A stretch of 64,000 bases of DNA from Podarcis pityusensis (Eukaryota): NCBI GenBank assembly GCA_964106645.2, contig OZ067051.1; one strand, given 5' to 3'. Position 1 is the first letter of the stretch. Each line of letters begins with the position of its first letter. This document shows, piece after piece, positions 1 to 12,495 of the stretch. Both the position numbers and the translations under genes were made by a program. The notes under the pieces are model-generated. The model had not been told where the DNA came from, ran no database searches, and was given only the letters and a program-made list of their open reading frames with translations.

Positions 1-3000
1 CACCCAATACAAGCCCTGCTTGCAAAGCAACAACCAGGAGTGCACTCTGAGGTTCCTAGTTCCAGCCCAGGATGCAAAAGGAGAAAGAAAAGAATCGGGA
101 TCCCAATTATTGCCTTTCAAGTCAGGTCATCTGACATCACGCAAACGTCTGTAACTGACAAATGGGAGGCCCTTACCATCTGTCAAACTGACCAGCAAAG
201 GGTGAGGAGCTCAGGATCTAATCTGCCATTGCATCCTGTTCTGCATCCCCGATTTATTTAGCTTCCTTTATTCACTTACACCTGGGGTTTTGTTATGTCT
301 TGCCATTCTTATCCGTCTGCTCCTTGGTTTTATATGAGATTGCGTGGGGGGGGGGGGTTAAGTCAGAAAATGACTACTAATTCATTTTCCCTTCTAGTTC
401 TTAAACTTTCTTCACTTTTCCCCAACATTTTCCTCCACCCCAGGGTGTCCAATAAAGAGAATTTCATGCAACCTTCTACCAAGAGGAAGAATATACTCAA
501 AGCTCAGGTTGTCATTTTACCAGTGGGGATGAGGATTCTTTGATGTTCTCCCTCTGATACTTCCCAAGTCAAAAAGCCAGAAATAATGCTGATTTTACAG
601 ATCATCATCCCTCTTTCTTACCTCTCCCTTCAGCGGTGGTTGATAGGTGTGGGAGACACTTAAGATTTAATATACCATGATGTCCTGCTATTTTAAAAAA
701 GCAAACTCAGTGCCAATATTACAGTAAAGCAAAACATCCTTTTCTAATTTGCGAAAGCACCCTGCTGGAGCAGATTCCTGCTCATCACGGGAGACCAAAT
801 GACTGAAGTTCCTCTCAGGTAAGCATGTATCCTGATTGCAAGACATACCAAAAACATACAGAAAGTCACCAGCTTACAAGGATCAGGCCTGCTTCCCAAA
901 GTCATCCAGGTGCCTCTAGGAAGCCCACAACCTGGGAAGCTAAGTCTGAGTCAGACCATCTAGCTCTGCATTATCTACGCTGATTCTTTGTGGTTCTCCA
1001 GGATTCCAGACTGGGGTATTCCCCAGCCCTACCTGGAGATTTCAGGATTGAGCCCGCAACCTTCTGCATTCCAAGCAAATGCACTTTCAGCTTTCCTCAG
1101 ATCTCACCTTGGGACATGAATTCACTTAGATGGCTTTTAGATTATCCCTTCTCCCTGAGCCTCAGTTTTCCTTATATGTAAAATGGGGAAAATATTATCT
1201 GCATACCTAAAAGGGAGTATTGGAAGACAGGCAGTGATCATGAACGGCTTTGAAAGCTCTAAAGCAGTGTTTCTTATAAGTACCCCACATTATATTCACC
1301 TGAGAAGGGATACGACTCAACTCTCCAAAGGGGTAAGCAATTTTTCTTAAGTTTGGGAAGTGCTCCTCTCTAAAGCATCATCCTTCTACCTTGGGTCCCT
1401 GGACATTGGTGGACTACAACTCCCATTATCCTTGCCAATTGGCCTCTTTGGTGGGGGCGATGGGGGCTGCAGTCCAATAACATCCGGGCATCCAAGACTG
1501 GGAACAGCATCTTTATGGCAACATGAAAGTATAGCTAGGTTATTAGGTGAAGAGCTAATTTCAGGTCATGGTTCCAAAAAGTTCAAAGCGGCTGTCAAAA
1601 AGATGAAGTACATTAAAAATGCTGAAACATTAAGATGGAAGTGGACAATGGACGCAAGAGATGAGGGACCCTGCAGAGAGAGAGGCAGTCCTTCAGCTGA
1701 TAAAATCCATGTGGGCCAGGTAACAAAAGACATTGGCAAATCGGTTCTGAGTTGGGAAACACTTCCAACTGCATTTCAAAACACACGGCTTATAAAACAG
1801 CCATTCGCTTTATCACCTGAGTGGAGCAAGAATCGACTCTAGGGAATCAGATAGAGAAGACTTACAAAAAGCTTTATTTTTAGGCCACAGAAGGCTAATT
1901 TGAGCTATGAAGAGAAAAATGTTGTGGCCCAGCAGTTTATCAAAGATTAGGCTTGATGAGGAGGAAAGATCTCATTGGGGGTGGGGGGGAGAGAACTGGA
2001 TGCACATTTTATCCAAAATCAACTTCACTCTCCTATAGCTCAAATGGGTCCCTGTGGATCACGCAGAAGCCCTGCTTCCCAGTAGCCCAGACTTGCAAAG
2101 CAGAAATTATTGCTCAAGCAGAGTGATCATGCCCTGGTGTAGCCTCTTTCCCAGGTGCTTATCATCAGCCCAACATCAAAGGCTCAGAGAGCTGTAAAAA
2201 ATTGTATCTGCCTCTTAGCAGAAGCCAACCAATTGGGGAGCATGGAAGTTATGCAAAGAGCTCATCTAATGGTACGGCTTAACATCTCTGCACACAGGAA
2301 CCAAACAGAAGCTGTCTGCTTGGCAAATTAATGTGCTCTGCTTACTGTCTTAAATCCAAATCCCACTAGATGTGCAGGGCACGAAGGGTCGCCCCTCTTC
2401 CCTCTCAAGTAAAAAAAAAATCAGGACAAGTGGGGAGGCCAACCTGTCCCTATCGATCAGCTAAGGAGGGGCAGGTCCAGTGTTAGAAACTGAGATATAA
2501 AAGCTATTTGCCATATGGCCCCTTAAACCTAGGTTACGGTCAGGTACATTAACAGAATGCTTAGGTGCCTGTTTAGGGGTTGTTGTTTTTTTGTAAGATT
2601 ACAAAGCTGACAATGAATTGTGTATATTGTCAGCTCCAGCTAAAATCTGACCCATGCCAGAGCACCGCAGGGAGAATAAAGCTGCTGTGTGTCAGGAGCC
2701 AATTCTGGCACCCAAGCATCTTCACTTGGTCACAAATGACTGATAGCCAGGTGCAAAATGTGCCTGGCTAATTTAAAAAACTGCAGGTGCCCCAGTGCTT
2801 GCTTCCTCCTTCCTCCTCTTCGTTTTGCCTATTAAGATTGTGAACCTGTGAGAAAGAACTGCCTCACACTTTAACAAATGTGCAGAGCTTAGAAAACAGC
2901 AGGTGCTTTTAAAAGTGGTGTATAATATTATTGTTTATTACTCTATGTGCATGTAATCATCTCCCCGCATCCCAACCCAAGAGGATAGTCATCACCTGTC

Positions 3001-3441
3001 GCTATATTACTTCAGAGGTTAGCTGCTGCAACCTCCAACTACCCAAAGGTGGGGCACAGGTAGCTGCCTTAGACCAGGCAAGATTGTTTGTCCATCCAGC
3101 CCAGGATTAGATAAATAATGACACGGTGTAATATGTCATGTGCTGTTGTTCATCTGAGGTTGTATTTACCTAATTTTAAGACCTGCTAAAGAACAGATTA
3201 TTGTTATTACGTCCTCAAATGTAAAACCACAGAATTCAAATAGGGTGTACTTTCTTTTTCCCATGACTATATATGTGAGGGTCACCCCTGGAGATTTTTA
3301 TACTTCTGCAAATCTTGGGTTTACCTCAAGTCTGCTGAGACTTACTTTTCTTGCGCAGTGTGGTTTTGATTCTAGATATACAGAAACCCTTGAGGGCTTG
3401 ATAGAGATCAACATTAGAATATGGAATATAATATTAGCTAC

Positions 3442-4756
3442 CTGAGAGTTGGTAGAACTTTGCAATGGTGTCCAAATCATTCTCATCAAACAGCCTCTGA
3501 TCATCCTCATTCTCTAGCACAGCCTGCAGGACCATCAGAAAATTCTGAAGATAATATGGTTGCCCTCCTGGGTCTTCTCCACGGCAGAGTCCATTGAGAA
3601 CCGTCTCTAAAATGTTGCTGCCTGGACTCTGAGAATTCATGTTTTCCAAAGGTCCCAAACCAACACAATCAACCACTTCATTTTTTAAGTCTGTATGATC
3701 TTCCATAGGAAGTACTTCCATGTTACCCCCCACAAAAGAGATATTTTGTGTCTGATTGCAACAAATACCTTTCACATTGGGCAACAGAGCCTGTTCACCA
3801 GAAGAGAGGTCTGTGGTTTCCAAGTTTGACGGTGCTTCTTTACTATAAGCTGTTGAACATACTACAAGCTTGCAAATATCAGAATCCAAGTCCTCCTTAG
3901 GAGTATTTTGCTCCTTGTTGTCCTCTGTTAGCAGCCCAACTTCACCGCAAGCAAGATGTTCAGATGGAAACAATCCAGGAGCAGAACCATCACCACCCAA
4001 GAGTATTCGTGCGTCACCTTCCCATGTGGGGTCCAGGGTTTCTCGTTTGCCTTCGAATCCTTCTTTTGGACTAGTTTGTCTCTGAAGCCTTGAAAAGGGC
4101 AACCAGTTTTCTTTCTGGGAAGAAGTGGTGCCTTCTGGATTCTCCTCTCTAGAGCTGTCACACACATCTTGAGCTGGCCGAGACTTAGCATCCCAAGTAA
4201 AGATGCTGCCACCTTCAGCACGACGCTTCCTGGACAATTTGGTTGACAGCCTTCCCAGGGAGATCTTCCCAACTGCCTGAACCTCTGACTCACCATTGCC
4301 CAACAGGAGACCACCGCCCTTCTTAAAGTATGGACTCACCTGTCCTCCCACCTCAGGTTTTGTTTCAGAGTTGTCACCTACTAACTTCTCTGGAGTCGAG
4401 GCATTATTTGCAAAGTACGGACTGCAACCACCAGGCACATTTTCAACTGATGGGCCTGCACCCGTGTCAGGCGCCGAACCAACCAGAATCCTGTCATCAT
4501 CTCGGCTCTTTTGACACACTTCATCAATGTGCTGGTTGATTCCATATCTTGCTACCATCTGCCCACACAAAGGACAGGCGACTCTGGCAGGGGGAACATT
4601 ATTGAAAAATGAAGCAATTGAGAAAGAGGATGCAGATAAAGGCAGTGTCCCTTCCACACCCGTCCCTTGCTTCCTCCTGGCAGGTTTTATCCTCTTCCTA
4701 TTGAGGGCTGAGCTTCTACAAGGCCTTTTATTTCCCGGGAGCTCTTCTTCTGCCAT
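3442..4756 (-). CDS. FAN1: FAN1 (Fanconi-associated nuclease 1), first coding exon; gene continues beyond the left edge of the window
   Basis: Translation MAEEELPGNKRPCRS...SIASFFNNVPPARVACPLCGQMVARYGINQHIDEVC (UBZ4 zinc finger), SPYF, SLGRLSTKLSRK, SSQKEN, and PYYLQNFLMVLQAVLENEDDQRLFDE...KFYQLS all match human FAN1 motifs. GT donor at 3441-3440. Probable acceptor (polypyrimidine tract + AG) puts the exon start at ~4792. Confidence 0.95.
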
Positions 4757-6709
4757 TGCAGGAACCCAAGATAAGGTGAATGTAGGAGCCGCCTCATGCA
4801 AAAGGAAAAAAAACTCTTCACGTCAAGGTATCAAGAGCATTTTTCATGGCCTTGCCTGCAATGAATAAACGGCAGAAGTGATGGCTTAAGTTTTGCATCA
4901 ACAATAACAATAAATTCATAGATGGTAGGCTTATGGAAAAGTTAAAAATGTTTTGTCATTTTAATTATCAATCACATGCACACCTCACATTTCCTCCTAG
5001 GAGCTCCAGGAGGCATATATGGTCCTTTCCCCCAATTTATCAATACAACAACCCTGTGAGGTAAGCTTGGCTGAGAACTGCTGATTGGTCTAAGGTCAAC
5101 AAGTGAGTTATATCACCAAGTGGGGATTGAACCCAGGTCTCCCTAATCAAACATTCTAACCACTACACAACACTGGCTCTACTTAAGGAAATGGAGTGAT
5201 ATCCAAGTAAGTCATAACCAGATGCAATCAACTTACTTAAGTAAAGAGTCAATGGGACTACTCTGAGTATCTTATCATTAGGTATCACCTAGATTCTGGA
5301 ACAATTTGCCATTGAAGCTACTGGTACTATTGATATTAGGGTATCTTAAGGGATTTAGTAGTGAGGCAAAATTTAAACTTGGCTATTAGTTTCTTCCAGA
5401 TTTTATTCCAAACTGGATTTAATGTAGAAAGTGTCCAAGTTAGTAAAAGCAAGTACACTTAATAAGGAGATTAGCAAGTATCAAATTAGTAATAAAAAAA
5501 GTAATATATTTGGTTGCTTGAGCTGCCTTTTTGTTTTTGTCTCAACCTCTTAGTTGTTTTCCCATCAATACTAAACCAGAAATATGCAATTCTTTCTTCC
5601 ATATTCGTCCACTGCTGCCCTTGCCTTCTTTTTTCTTGTTCCACTCTCCAAAAAAATAATTTGTAAGCATCTTGGGACAAGGAACCATATTTTTAGTCAT
5701 GTTAGCATTTTGTAAATTACACATGGGTGGACAGACTTCAGACTTGACGGATCTATTTGGCTTCTGCAAAAGTACCTTGAGATTCATCAGTCAGGGCCAG
5801 ATGCAAACTGGTGGGACAGGCAGACCTTGAGAATTAAGGGCCAGGGTCCCTCTGAGTACAAGCCCAGCCCAGGAATTTGTTCTCAGGATTAGAAGCAATT
5901 TTACACTTTCATGTGTAAGTCCACTCCTGGTTTTCCCAAAAAGCATTTTTCCTTTCAGCAACGAAATTACATAACCAGAGATACCACTGTAAAGCTTCTT
6001 TGCTGCAGCCTTTGTCAAGTAACTGTGAGCTTTCTTTGCCATTCTCCTGCAAATCAGCTGAACCTGATCTACCTTTTCTGCTCACTCCGACTGTAAAGCA
6101 CAAAGTACAAGACCTCTTAAATGCTTCTGTGATACCCTAATGATTCCAATATAAGCAGATGAAAACATGTTGAGTTTTGAATATGCTATTAAGAAAGTGA
6201 TCAATCTTAGCACTATTTTTTTTGAAGAACTACAGTGCTATCCCATTTCCCACTCATGTTAATAATTAAGAGGAAAATGAGTAAACTGATTTATTTTAAC
6301 ATAACTGGGCGCATTCATTCACATTTGCCTTTTCATTTTTTAACCTCTCACAATTTGTTGCAGCCCTGCAATGTGTTAGTTGCAAAAAGTGCCTGAGAAT
6401 CCCCATTTCAGAAACCAATTGATGGGCCTGTGCACCAGATTAGTGGATTCTCTCCCACCACTAGTGGCTTGTAATAAGGCAACTATTTATCCTTGTATTT
6501 CAAAGGGGGACACTACTGCACCACAGCATTCAAGACACTCCATCAAAGCGAGGCAGAAGGGAAAGATGCAGGCTGCCATGATTTTTTAAATAAGAGACAC
6601 AAATCTATTCAGTGAAGGGTTTGAACCCAGCTTCAGATTCTGGTTTAATCATGACACACACTGGATGGCACAGGACTAGGAATTACGCTCAGTCTAATCT
6701 ACCTCAAGT

Positions 6710-7046
6710 GGGACGCCGGTGGCGCTGTGGGTTAAACCACTGAGCCATTTGGGCTTGCCAATCAGAAGGTCAGCGGTTCGAATCCCCGCAACGGGGTGAG
6801 CTCCCGTTGCTCAGTCCCTGCTCCTGCCAACCGAGCAGTTCGAAAGCACGTCAAAGTGCAAGTAGATAAATAGGTCCCGCTCCGGCGGGAAGCCGTGCGC
6901 TGCTCTGCTTCGCCAGAAGCGGCTTAGTCATGCTGTCCACATGACCCGGAAACTGTATGCCGGCTCCCTCGGCCAGTAAAGCGAGATGAGCATGCAACCC
7001 CAGAGTCGGCCACGACTGGACCTCATGGCGAGGGGTCCCTTGACCT
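6710..7046 (+). mobile_element. Sauria SINE (tRNA-derived head, BovB-like tail)
   Basis: Head GGGACGCCGGTGGCGCTGTGGGTTAAACC, B-box GGTTCGAATCC, tail GGGGTCCCTTGACCT. Flanked by the direct repeat ctaatctacct. Closely similar to the copies at 30.4 kb and 50.3 kb. Confidence 0.9.
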
Positions 7047-7189
7047 AATCTACCTGAAAGGGCTCTTATGAGGCTAAAGCATGAGGCGAGAGTCTAATAC
7101 TTGGAAGGGTGGACACTCCAGTTTATACAGACGGTGCCCACTGCTGAATTCAAGCATTTGAACAGCCGGCAGGAAACCACCTTGTCTTT

Positions 7190-7620
7190 TTGTCTTGCGA
7201 GCCGCGGGCGGAATACGGCGCCAATCAAATAAATAGACGGCTCCGGCCCTCCTTTCCCAACGCCAGGAAGCGAGAAATGGCTGCTGCCCAAACCTGAGCG
7301 GCTGCGGGGAAGGATCCGGGGCAGCCCCAGGCAGGGCGCCTCCCAAGCGGAGCCCGCGCGGCCAGAAGCAGCAGCAGCAGCAGCAGCAGGAGGAGGGGGA
7401 GGAGACGCGGCAGAGGCCCCGCCCACCCCCTCCCTCCTCCGCCTTCCACCGCCAGGCAAATGCAATCCATCCCCGCGCCAGGCCTGCGTGGCCGATGTCG
7501 GAGCCACGGATCGAAGCGCGGCCCGGGATTCCCCGTTGCAGCGAGGGCGAGAGTGGGGGGGGGGCTGGGCGGGCCCCTTTCCTCATCTACCCCTCGGGGG
7601 TCGTGTTTCATTTTATACGC
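7190..7620 (-). promoter_or_regulatory. CpG island: FAN1 promoter / non-coding first exon
   Basis: High GC and CpG density, GC boxes and a CCAAT, 2.4 kb upstream of the FAN1 coding exon. Candidate minus-strand donors end exons at 7294 or 7181. Confidence 0.7.
7369..7389 (+). repeat. (CAG)7 trinucleotide repeat, i.e. (CTG)7 on the FAN1 sense strand
   Basis: Read directly; followed by GAGGAGGG. Confidence 0.95.
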
Positions 7621-9363
7621 TATAGTCTTGGTTTGGAGAGAGGTGCAAGGCAGGGCCGCCCTCTTTCTCCACTTTTTAAAACACATCTTCATGTTTATTT
7701 CTATACTTCCAAACAGCGTGCTGCCAGCGCTATGAGTCTGTGATTCTGTCTGTGCACTGGGTGCAAGCTGTGCTTGGCGGTTATAGATTTTATTATATTT
7801 TAGTTGAAAGCCTCATTCAGAAGGTTTCCATCATTTAATGACAATGATAACAGTGGCCTAGAAGCGTCATCATAAGCAAATAAAGACAACTACCATTCCT
7901 AGTAGAAATAATAGTACCTTTTCCAAACATGGTATCATCAGTGAGAGCAGTTAAATTAATCATACAATGTGTGCATCATTTTAAATTAAGGCTGAAGAAT
8001 TTGCATGCACTTACCAGAGAGTAAGTCCCATTGAACTAAATGGAGCTTACTTCTGAGTAGATATGCCAATTAATTTACTCACAGGATGTTAGCACCCAAC
8101 CCACACACTAAGTATATTTAGCTAGGTTTTAATATTTTTGGAGACCACTTGGTTTCACCTGAAACGTGGTGTATAAAAACAGTACTTTAATACATATCCC
8201 AAATCAACATTAAACTGTTAAATGTTGTGAAGTAAACATACTGTTATAGGATTTGTGGGCAAGGAGCAGGGTTGGTCTGGGAGTCTTTTCTAGGCTTGGC
8301 AGGTTTGGAATCTAGTAGAAGAAGCTGTTGAACTGGTCAGACCAGCTTCTCTGTATACTTATCAGCATCCGAAGGAGCAAGATGTACTGCCATAGTGACA
8401 ACTGAGGATGATTCCAGAAGGAGGGGAGTGGACCTTTTCCCACCTCACCTGGCTGGATGGCATCATGTCATCCTAGGAAAAAGAACTATAGGCCACAAGA
8501 GACTGTCTGCATGTGAGCTTTTTACTAGGATGGAAGCTGGACAGAGGAGTTTGTCTTGCTTTGTGGTCAATCCCAAAGCTATATTTTATCTCTTGTGCTC
8601 GTAAAATAAATACCTGAAAAAATGTCAGGTTGCTGCCACCGCCCGCCACCCCCGACCCCCCAATAGCTGGTGGTTATGCTCATGAACCAAATGGGAACTC
8701 TTGATTCATTCTCCAGTGCTGTACTGATGGCAGCAGTGAATACACAAACACACACACCCTAACTAGTGACAGATCAATTGCCCTCCATGAGCTGGAAATA
8801 ATTGCACAAGTGGTTCAGTTCTGCTACTGTGCACATTTGACAGCTACACAGCACAATCCTATGCACAGTTCCAAGGAAGCAGTTCCCATTAATCTGAGTG
8901 GTGAATGCAGAACTGTGCTGTTGAATTCCTGACCTGTTTGACACGCCCCATTTGCTGTGCTGTTTTTGCCTGCATAAGCAGGAGAAGAACCACTGGATGG
9001 GGAAGCTTACACAATTGTGTTTGTGGACCAGATGGGCCTTTCACCTTGGTGAAATCCCTCTAAATTCCGCTTTCCCATAAACTTTCCTCCCCTCTCAAAC
9101 AACACTGGAATGAGGTTATCCAATGAAATTTACTGCCAGTAGACTCTGGCCAAACAAAATATAAGACTTCAACTAGCACATAAGAGTATCTAAAGGAGGG
9201 ATAGTTTGTTGTGCCCTCCAGAGGTTGATGCTCTCCAACTCCCATTGCCCAACAACTTATGGAAGGCACCACATTGGTGATCCCTGATCTGAAAGGATCC
9301 CTGCTCTCCCACACCCATACCAGCCCATTGAGCTCATTAGTGGCAGTTCCACTGCATGTAGAA

Positions 9364-9613
9364 CATGGATAGGCAACCTAAGGCCCGGGGGCCGGATCTG
9401 GCCCAATCACCTTCTCAATCTGGCCTGCGGACGGTCCGGGAACCAACGTGTTTTCGCATGAGTAGAATGTGTGCTTTTATTCAAAATGCATCTCTGTGTT
9501 ATTTGTGGGGCATAGGAATTTGTTCATATTTTCCCCAAAAAATATAGTCCGGCCCGCACAAGGTCTGAGGGACAGTGGACCAGCCCACAGCTGAAAAAGT
9601 TTGCTGACCCCTG
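9364..9613 (-). mobile_element. Non-autonomous hAT element (MITE), OC1/OposCharlie1-like
   Basis: Perfect 8-bp TSD atgtagaa (9356-9363 and 9614-9621). End CAGGGGTCAGCAAACT. Same family as 31701-31947. Confidence 0.85.
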
Positions 9614-9616
9614 ATG

Positions 9617-9764
9617 TAGAATCATTGAATTGTAGAGTTGGAAGGGACCCCAAGGGTCATCAAGTACAACTCCCTGCAATGCCTTAATATTTTGCCCAAC
9701 GTGGAGCTCAAACCCACAACCCAGAAATCAAGAGTCTCATGCTGTACCGACTGAGCTATGCCAG
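9617..9764 (-). mobile_element. tRNA-Lys(CTT)-derived SINE with CR1-type 3' tail
   Basis: Reverse complement of 9694-9764 is a decayed tRNA-Lys(CTT) (TAGCTCAGTCGGTACAGCATGAGACTCTT...CCACGTTGGGC), followed by the CR1 terminus GATGACCCTTGGGGTCCCTTCCAACTCTACAATTC. Confidence 0.75.
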
Positions 9765-12299
9765 TAATCCAATGAACTACCACCTGAGGTTCAGATCATG
9801 GAGATGACAGGGCCTTCCCAATAATGGCACCCAAACTCTGGAGCACTTTTCCTTGAGTCCTGGTCCTTGTTGATAATATCTCCTTCTTCCAGCAGGACTT
9901 TCACACTGGACAGCTGTTCCCTGGCATTCTTAAACAGTTACGTGACATGCTGCCTTGGTGGCCTTTTGAGTAGAAAGGCAGCATATGCATTTTAATATAA
10001 ATTGATGGCATATGTTGCCAAAAGATGTGATGATGATTGCTGTCTTAGACAGCTTTAAGAGGGATTTTAAAAATCATGGGGGAGAATTGGTTAAGCAATG
10101 GCTTTTAGCCATGATGGCTAGATGGACCCTCCCTGTTCAGAGGCAGTCTACCTTTGAATATCAGGACTGGGTATCCCCCTGCCTGTGGGCTGCCTAGAAG
10201 CATCTAGCTGATCACTGTGTGAAGCACGATGCTGGATGATCCTTTGGTCTGATGCAGCGGGACTCTTCTGATGTTTCTAAGCAAGGATTGAAATCCTATT
10301 GCTCTTCTTTGTTCTCTTGCTATTAATGCATGGCACCATGCAGTGTTCTGCAGGCAAGATTGCGGGGGGGGGGGGCAAGAGAAAAACTTTGAATAGCTGC
10401 TCCTCTGTCACACTAAATCAACTGAATTTACCTTCTATTTCCATTAACTGTTGTGACCGTGCCCTCGATCACTCTCTTAAGTAGAGTCTTTTAATTTATT
10501 TTTCAGATAGTGACCTTAAGGCCTCTCTCTATTAGCCATAATTGTGGTCTCTTGCGTTCGCTTGAAACTTTTTTTGAACGAATGCAGTTCTCCCCTCTAT
10601 GTGACTTTAATTAACTGTGACAAATTCCGCCCAAAGCACATTTGCAAATAACACATAATTTATGAGGTCAGAGAAGAAGAAATATTTAGTGCCCTATTAA
10701 ATCAACCGACAGGCATTTGTTTCAGGTACTTAATGGCATCATTTGATGGGCAGCCCACCCCCATCTTTCCCAACACTCTGCGGTAATGCATTTAGAGTAC
10801 ATACATTTCTTGGGAACTTTAAAAGGGGCAATTAAGGCAAACTATAGATCTGAAAGGTAATTTTGCAGGCAGGGAATGGGTGCCATGAATTCCCAAGCAA
10901 TTTTGCTGAACTCCAACCTTAAGGTGGGATGACAGTGGTTTAACCATCACAGCAGGATAGAAACACCAGCTGTGAGGGTTAATCCAATCTCTATTATGGG
11001 GCGGCTCTTTGGGGGTAGTTCTTTGCTCAGAGGAGCAGCAGCCACTGCTTCTCCTAGACATTTGCTGGAATCAAGAGGGCTTGTGAAAGAAAACAGGTTT
11101 TCAGGAGACGGGCCATCGCTCAGGGGTAGAGCATCTCCTGTACATGCAGAATAATGATAATAATAATAAAATTTTATTTATATCCCGCCCTCCCCAGCCG
11201 AAGCCGGGCTCAGGGCAGCTAACAACAATAAAATAATACAACATTCTAAAATCATTCCATTCTAAAATTTATTCAAATCAAATTGATTGCAACCATTGGG
11301 CTAGAGAAGGGGCTAGGTTCAGTCCCCCCCTAGGTGGGGATGGGCGAGACTCCTGCCTGAAACCTTGGACAGCTTTGCAATCCCTCCTGGCCAGGCATGA
11401 ACCTATGGCCCTGCCTGCTATCATTTCCAGAGCGCGGAATGGAGGGGTCTGCTTATGAACAACATTGCATTTTACAGTAAACTAATTCTCAACAACCATA
11501 TAAAGCAAGTCATTACTCTGAGCTAGATCTCACTCCACTCACCCTGCAAATTTATTCCCAGGCCAGCCCGATAAATGCATATAGCCAAAGCACACTCCTT
11601 TTCACTGCTCATGGTACAGTATGCTTTCGACAAGGGTTACACAGAACCCAAAACAGATTTTTGACAGATTGCTAGGATACTGAGGATTCGCAAAACAACT
11701 GGCTGCTTCCAAGTGGGGTTACACTTTGCTTGTGGGGACTTCAGGGTTTTATTCGTTTTAGTGTCAGGAGCGTTCACATCCCACTGGCCTCTTCAAGCAT
11801 CCTACTTCAAACAGCAAGCTGGAGTGCCCGCCTGCAAGCAAAGGCACTCAAAAGAAGGCTGAGGTATTTACTTCTAAGGACCTTTGCTACACCTGCACCA
11901 CAAAAATTCAAACAGCAGCACTGTTTGGAATCAGGTTTACCAAGAGGGAATTTAACTGTCCTCTAGGAGTCAGAGTAGCAGCAGCAGCTAGGCCAAAAAT
12001 CAAAAGGATTACATATTATATATGCAGGACTACAAAAGGGCATATGGATACTATGAAGGCAGGCAGAGAAATCAACAAAAAGCAAGTAAAGCACAGCTAT
12101 AGCGTTGGGAAAGGGATCTGCTGACATCTCTGACTGAGGCTCTGATGAAATGAATATAGTAATCAATGCCCAATATCCAAAAAGCCAACTGTGCCAGACT
12201 TCCCTTAAGACTGCAAAACATAGACCAGCCTACTACTTTTTAAAAAGTTGAAGAAAGTGCTTCATGGTGTCCCAGCACTGAAAGGGGGGTGGAGTGACA

Positions 12300-12495
12300 T
12301 CTAATCTGTTCCTCTGTGCAGGAAGTCCCAAGTTTAGCATCCCTGAAAGATGGCTGTCCAGCCTCTGCCTCAAGACTAGCAAGCAAGGGAGAGCCCACCA
12401 CCCCACTAGGTAAATTTATCTCCTGTATATCGAGCCAATTAGATCTGGTCCTTCTCTCTGGGGCAGCAGCAAATGTATTGCTGCCCTCTTCTATG
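12300..12495 (-). mobile_element. CR1 LINE 3' fragment; left half of an element split by the RTE insertion (continues at ~15997-16140)
   Basis: Resembles the reverse complement of the CR1 3' ends at 34.2-34.5 kb and 38.2-38.6 kb. The CR1-like sequence resumes after 16000. Confidence 0.6.

Noticed and set aside
1360-1842. 160-aa plus-strand ORF
   Set aside because: No recognisable homology, non-ATG start, begins in a repeat-derived segment, antisense within a FAN1 intron.
1-3440. Next FAN1 coding exon (GQKLYVRLFQRK...)
   Set aside because: Searched by eye on the minus strand and not found; it presumably lies left of the window.
4757-4801. Upstream start (MHEAAPTF...) given for FAN1 by the ORF track
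   Set aside because: It lies in or next to the polypyrimidine/acceptor region; homology to FAN1 begins at MAEEE (4756).
5486-5680. Short ORF with vague HMG-box-like pattern (AYKLFF...W)
   Set aside because: Only a few residues match, stops in adjacent sequence, no supporting exon structure.
5776-6090. Possible extra 5'UTR exon of FAN1 (acceptor near 6091, donor near 5775)
   Set aside because: Splice-like motifs alone are insufficient without transcript data.
7074-7743. Overlapping long ORFs with poly-Cys/Ala/Leu
   Set aside because: Artefacts of GC-rich CpG-island composition and the CAG tract.
8242-8771. Possible solo LTR (TG...AATAAA...CA)
   Set aside because: No matching target-site duplication or second copy in the window.
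9694-9764. Functional tRNA-Lys gene
   Set aside because: B-box and stems are mutated, and it is fused to a CR1 tail; treated as a SINE head.
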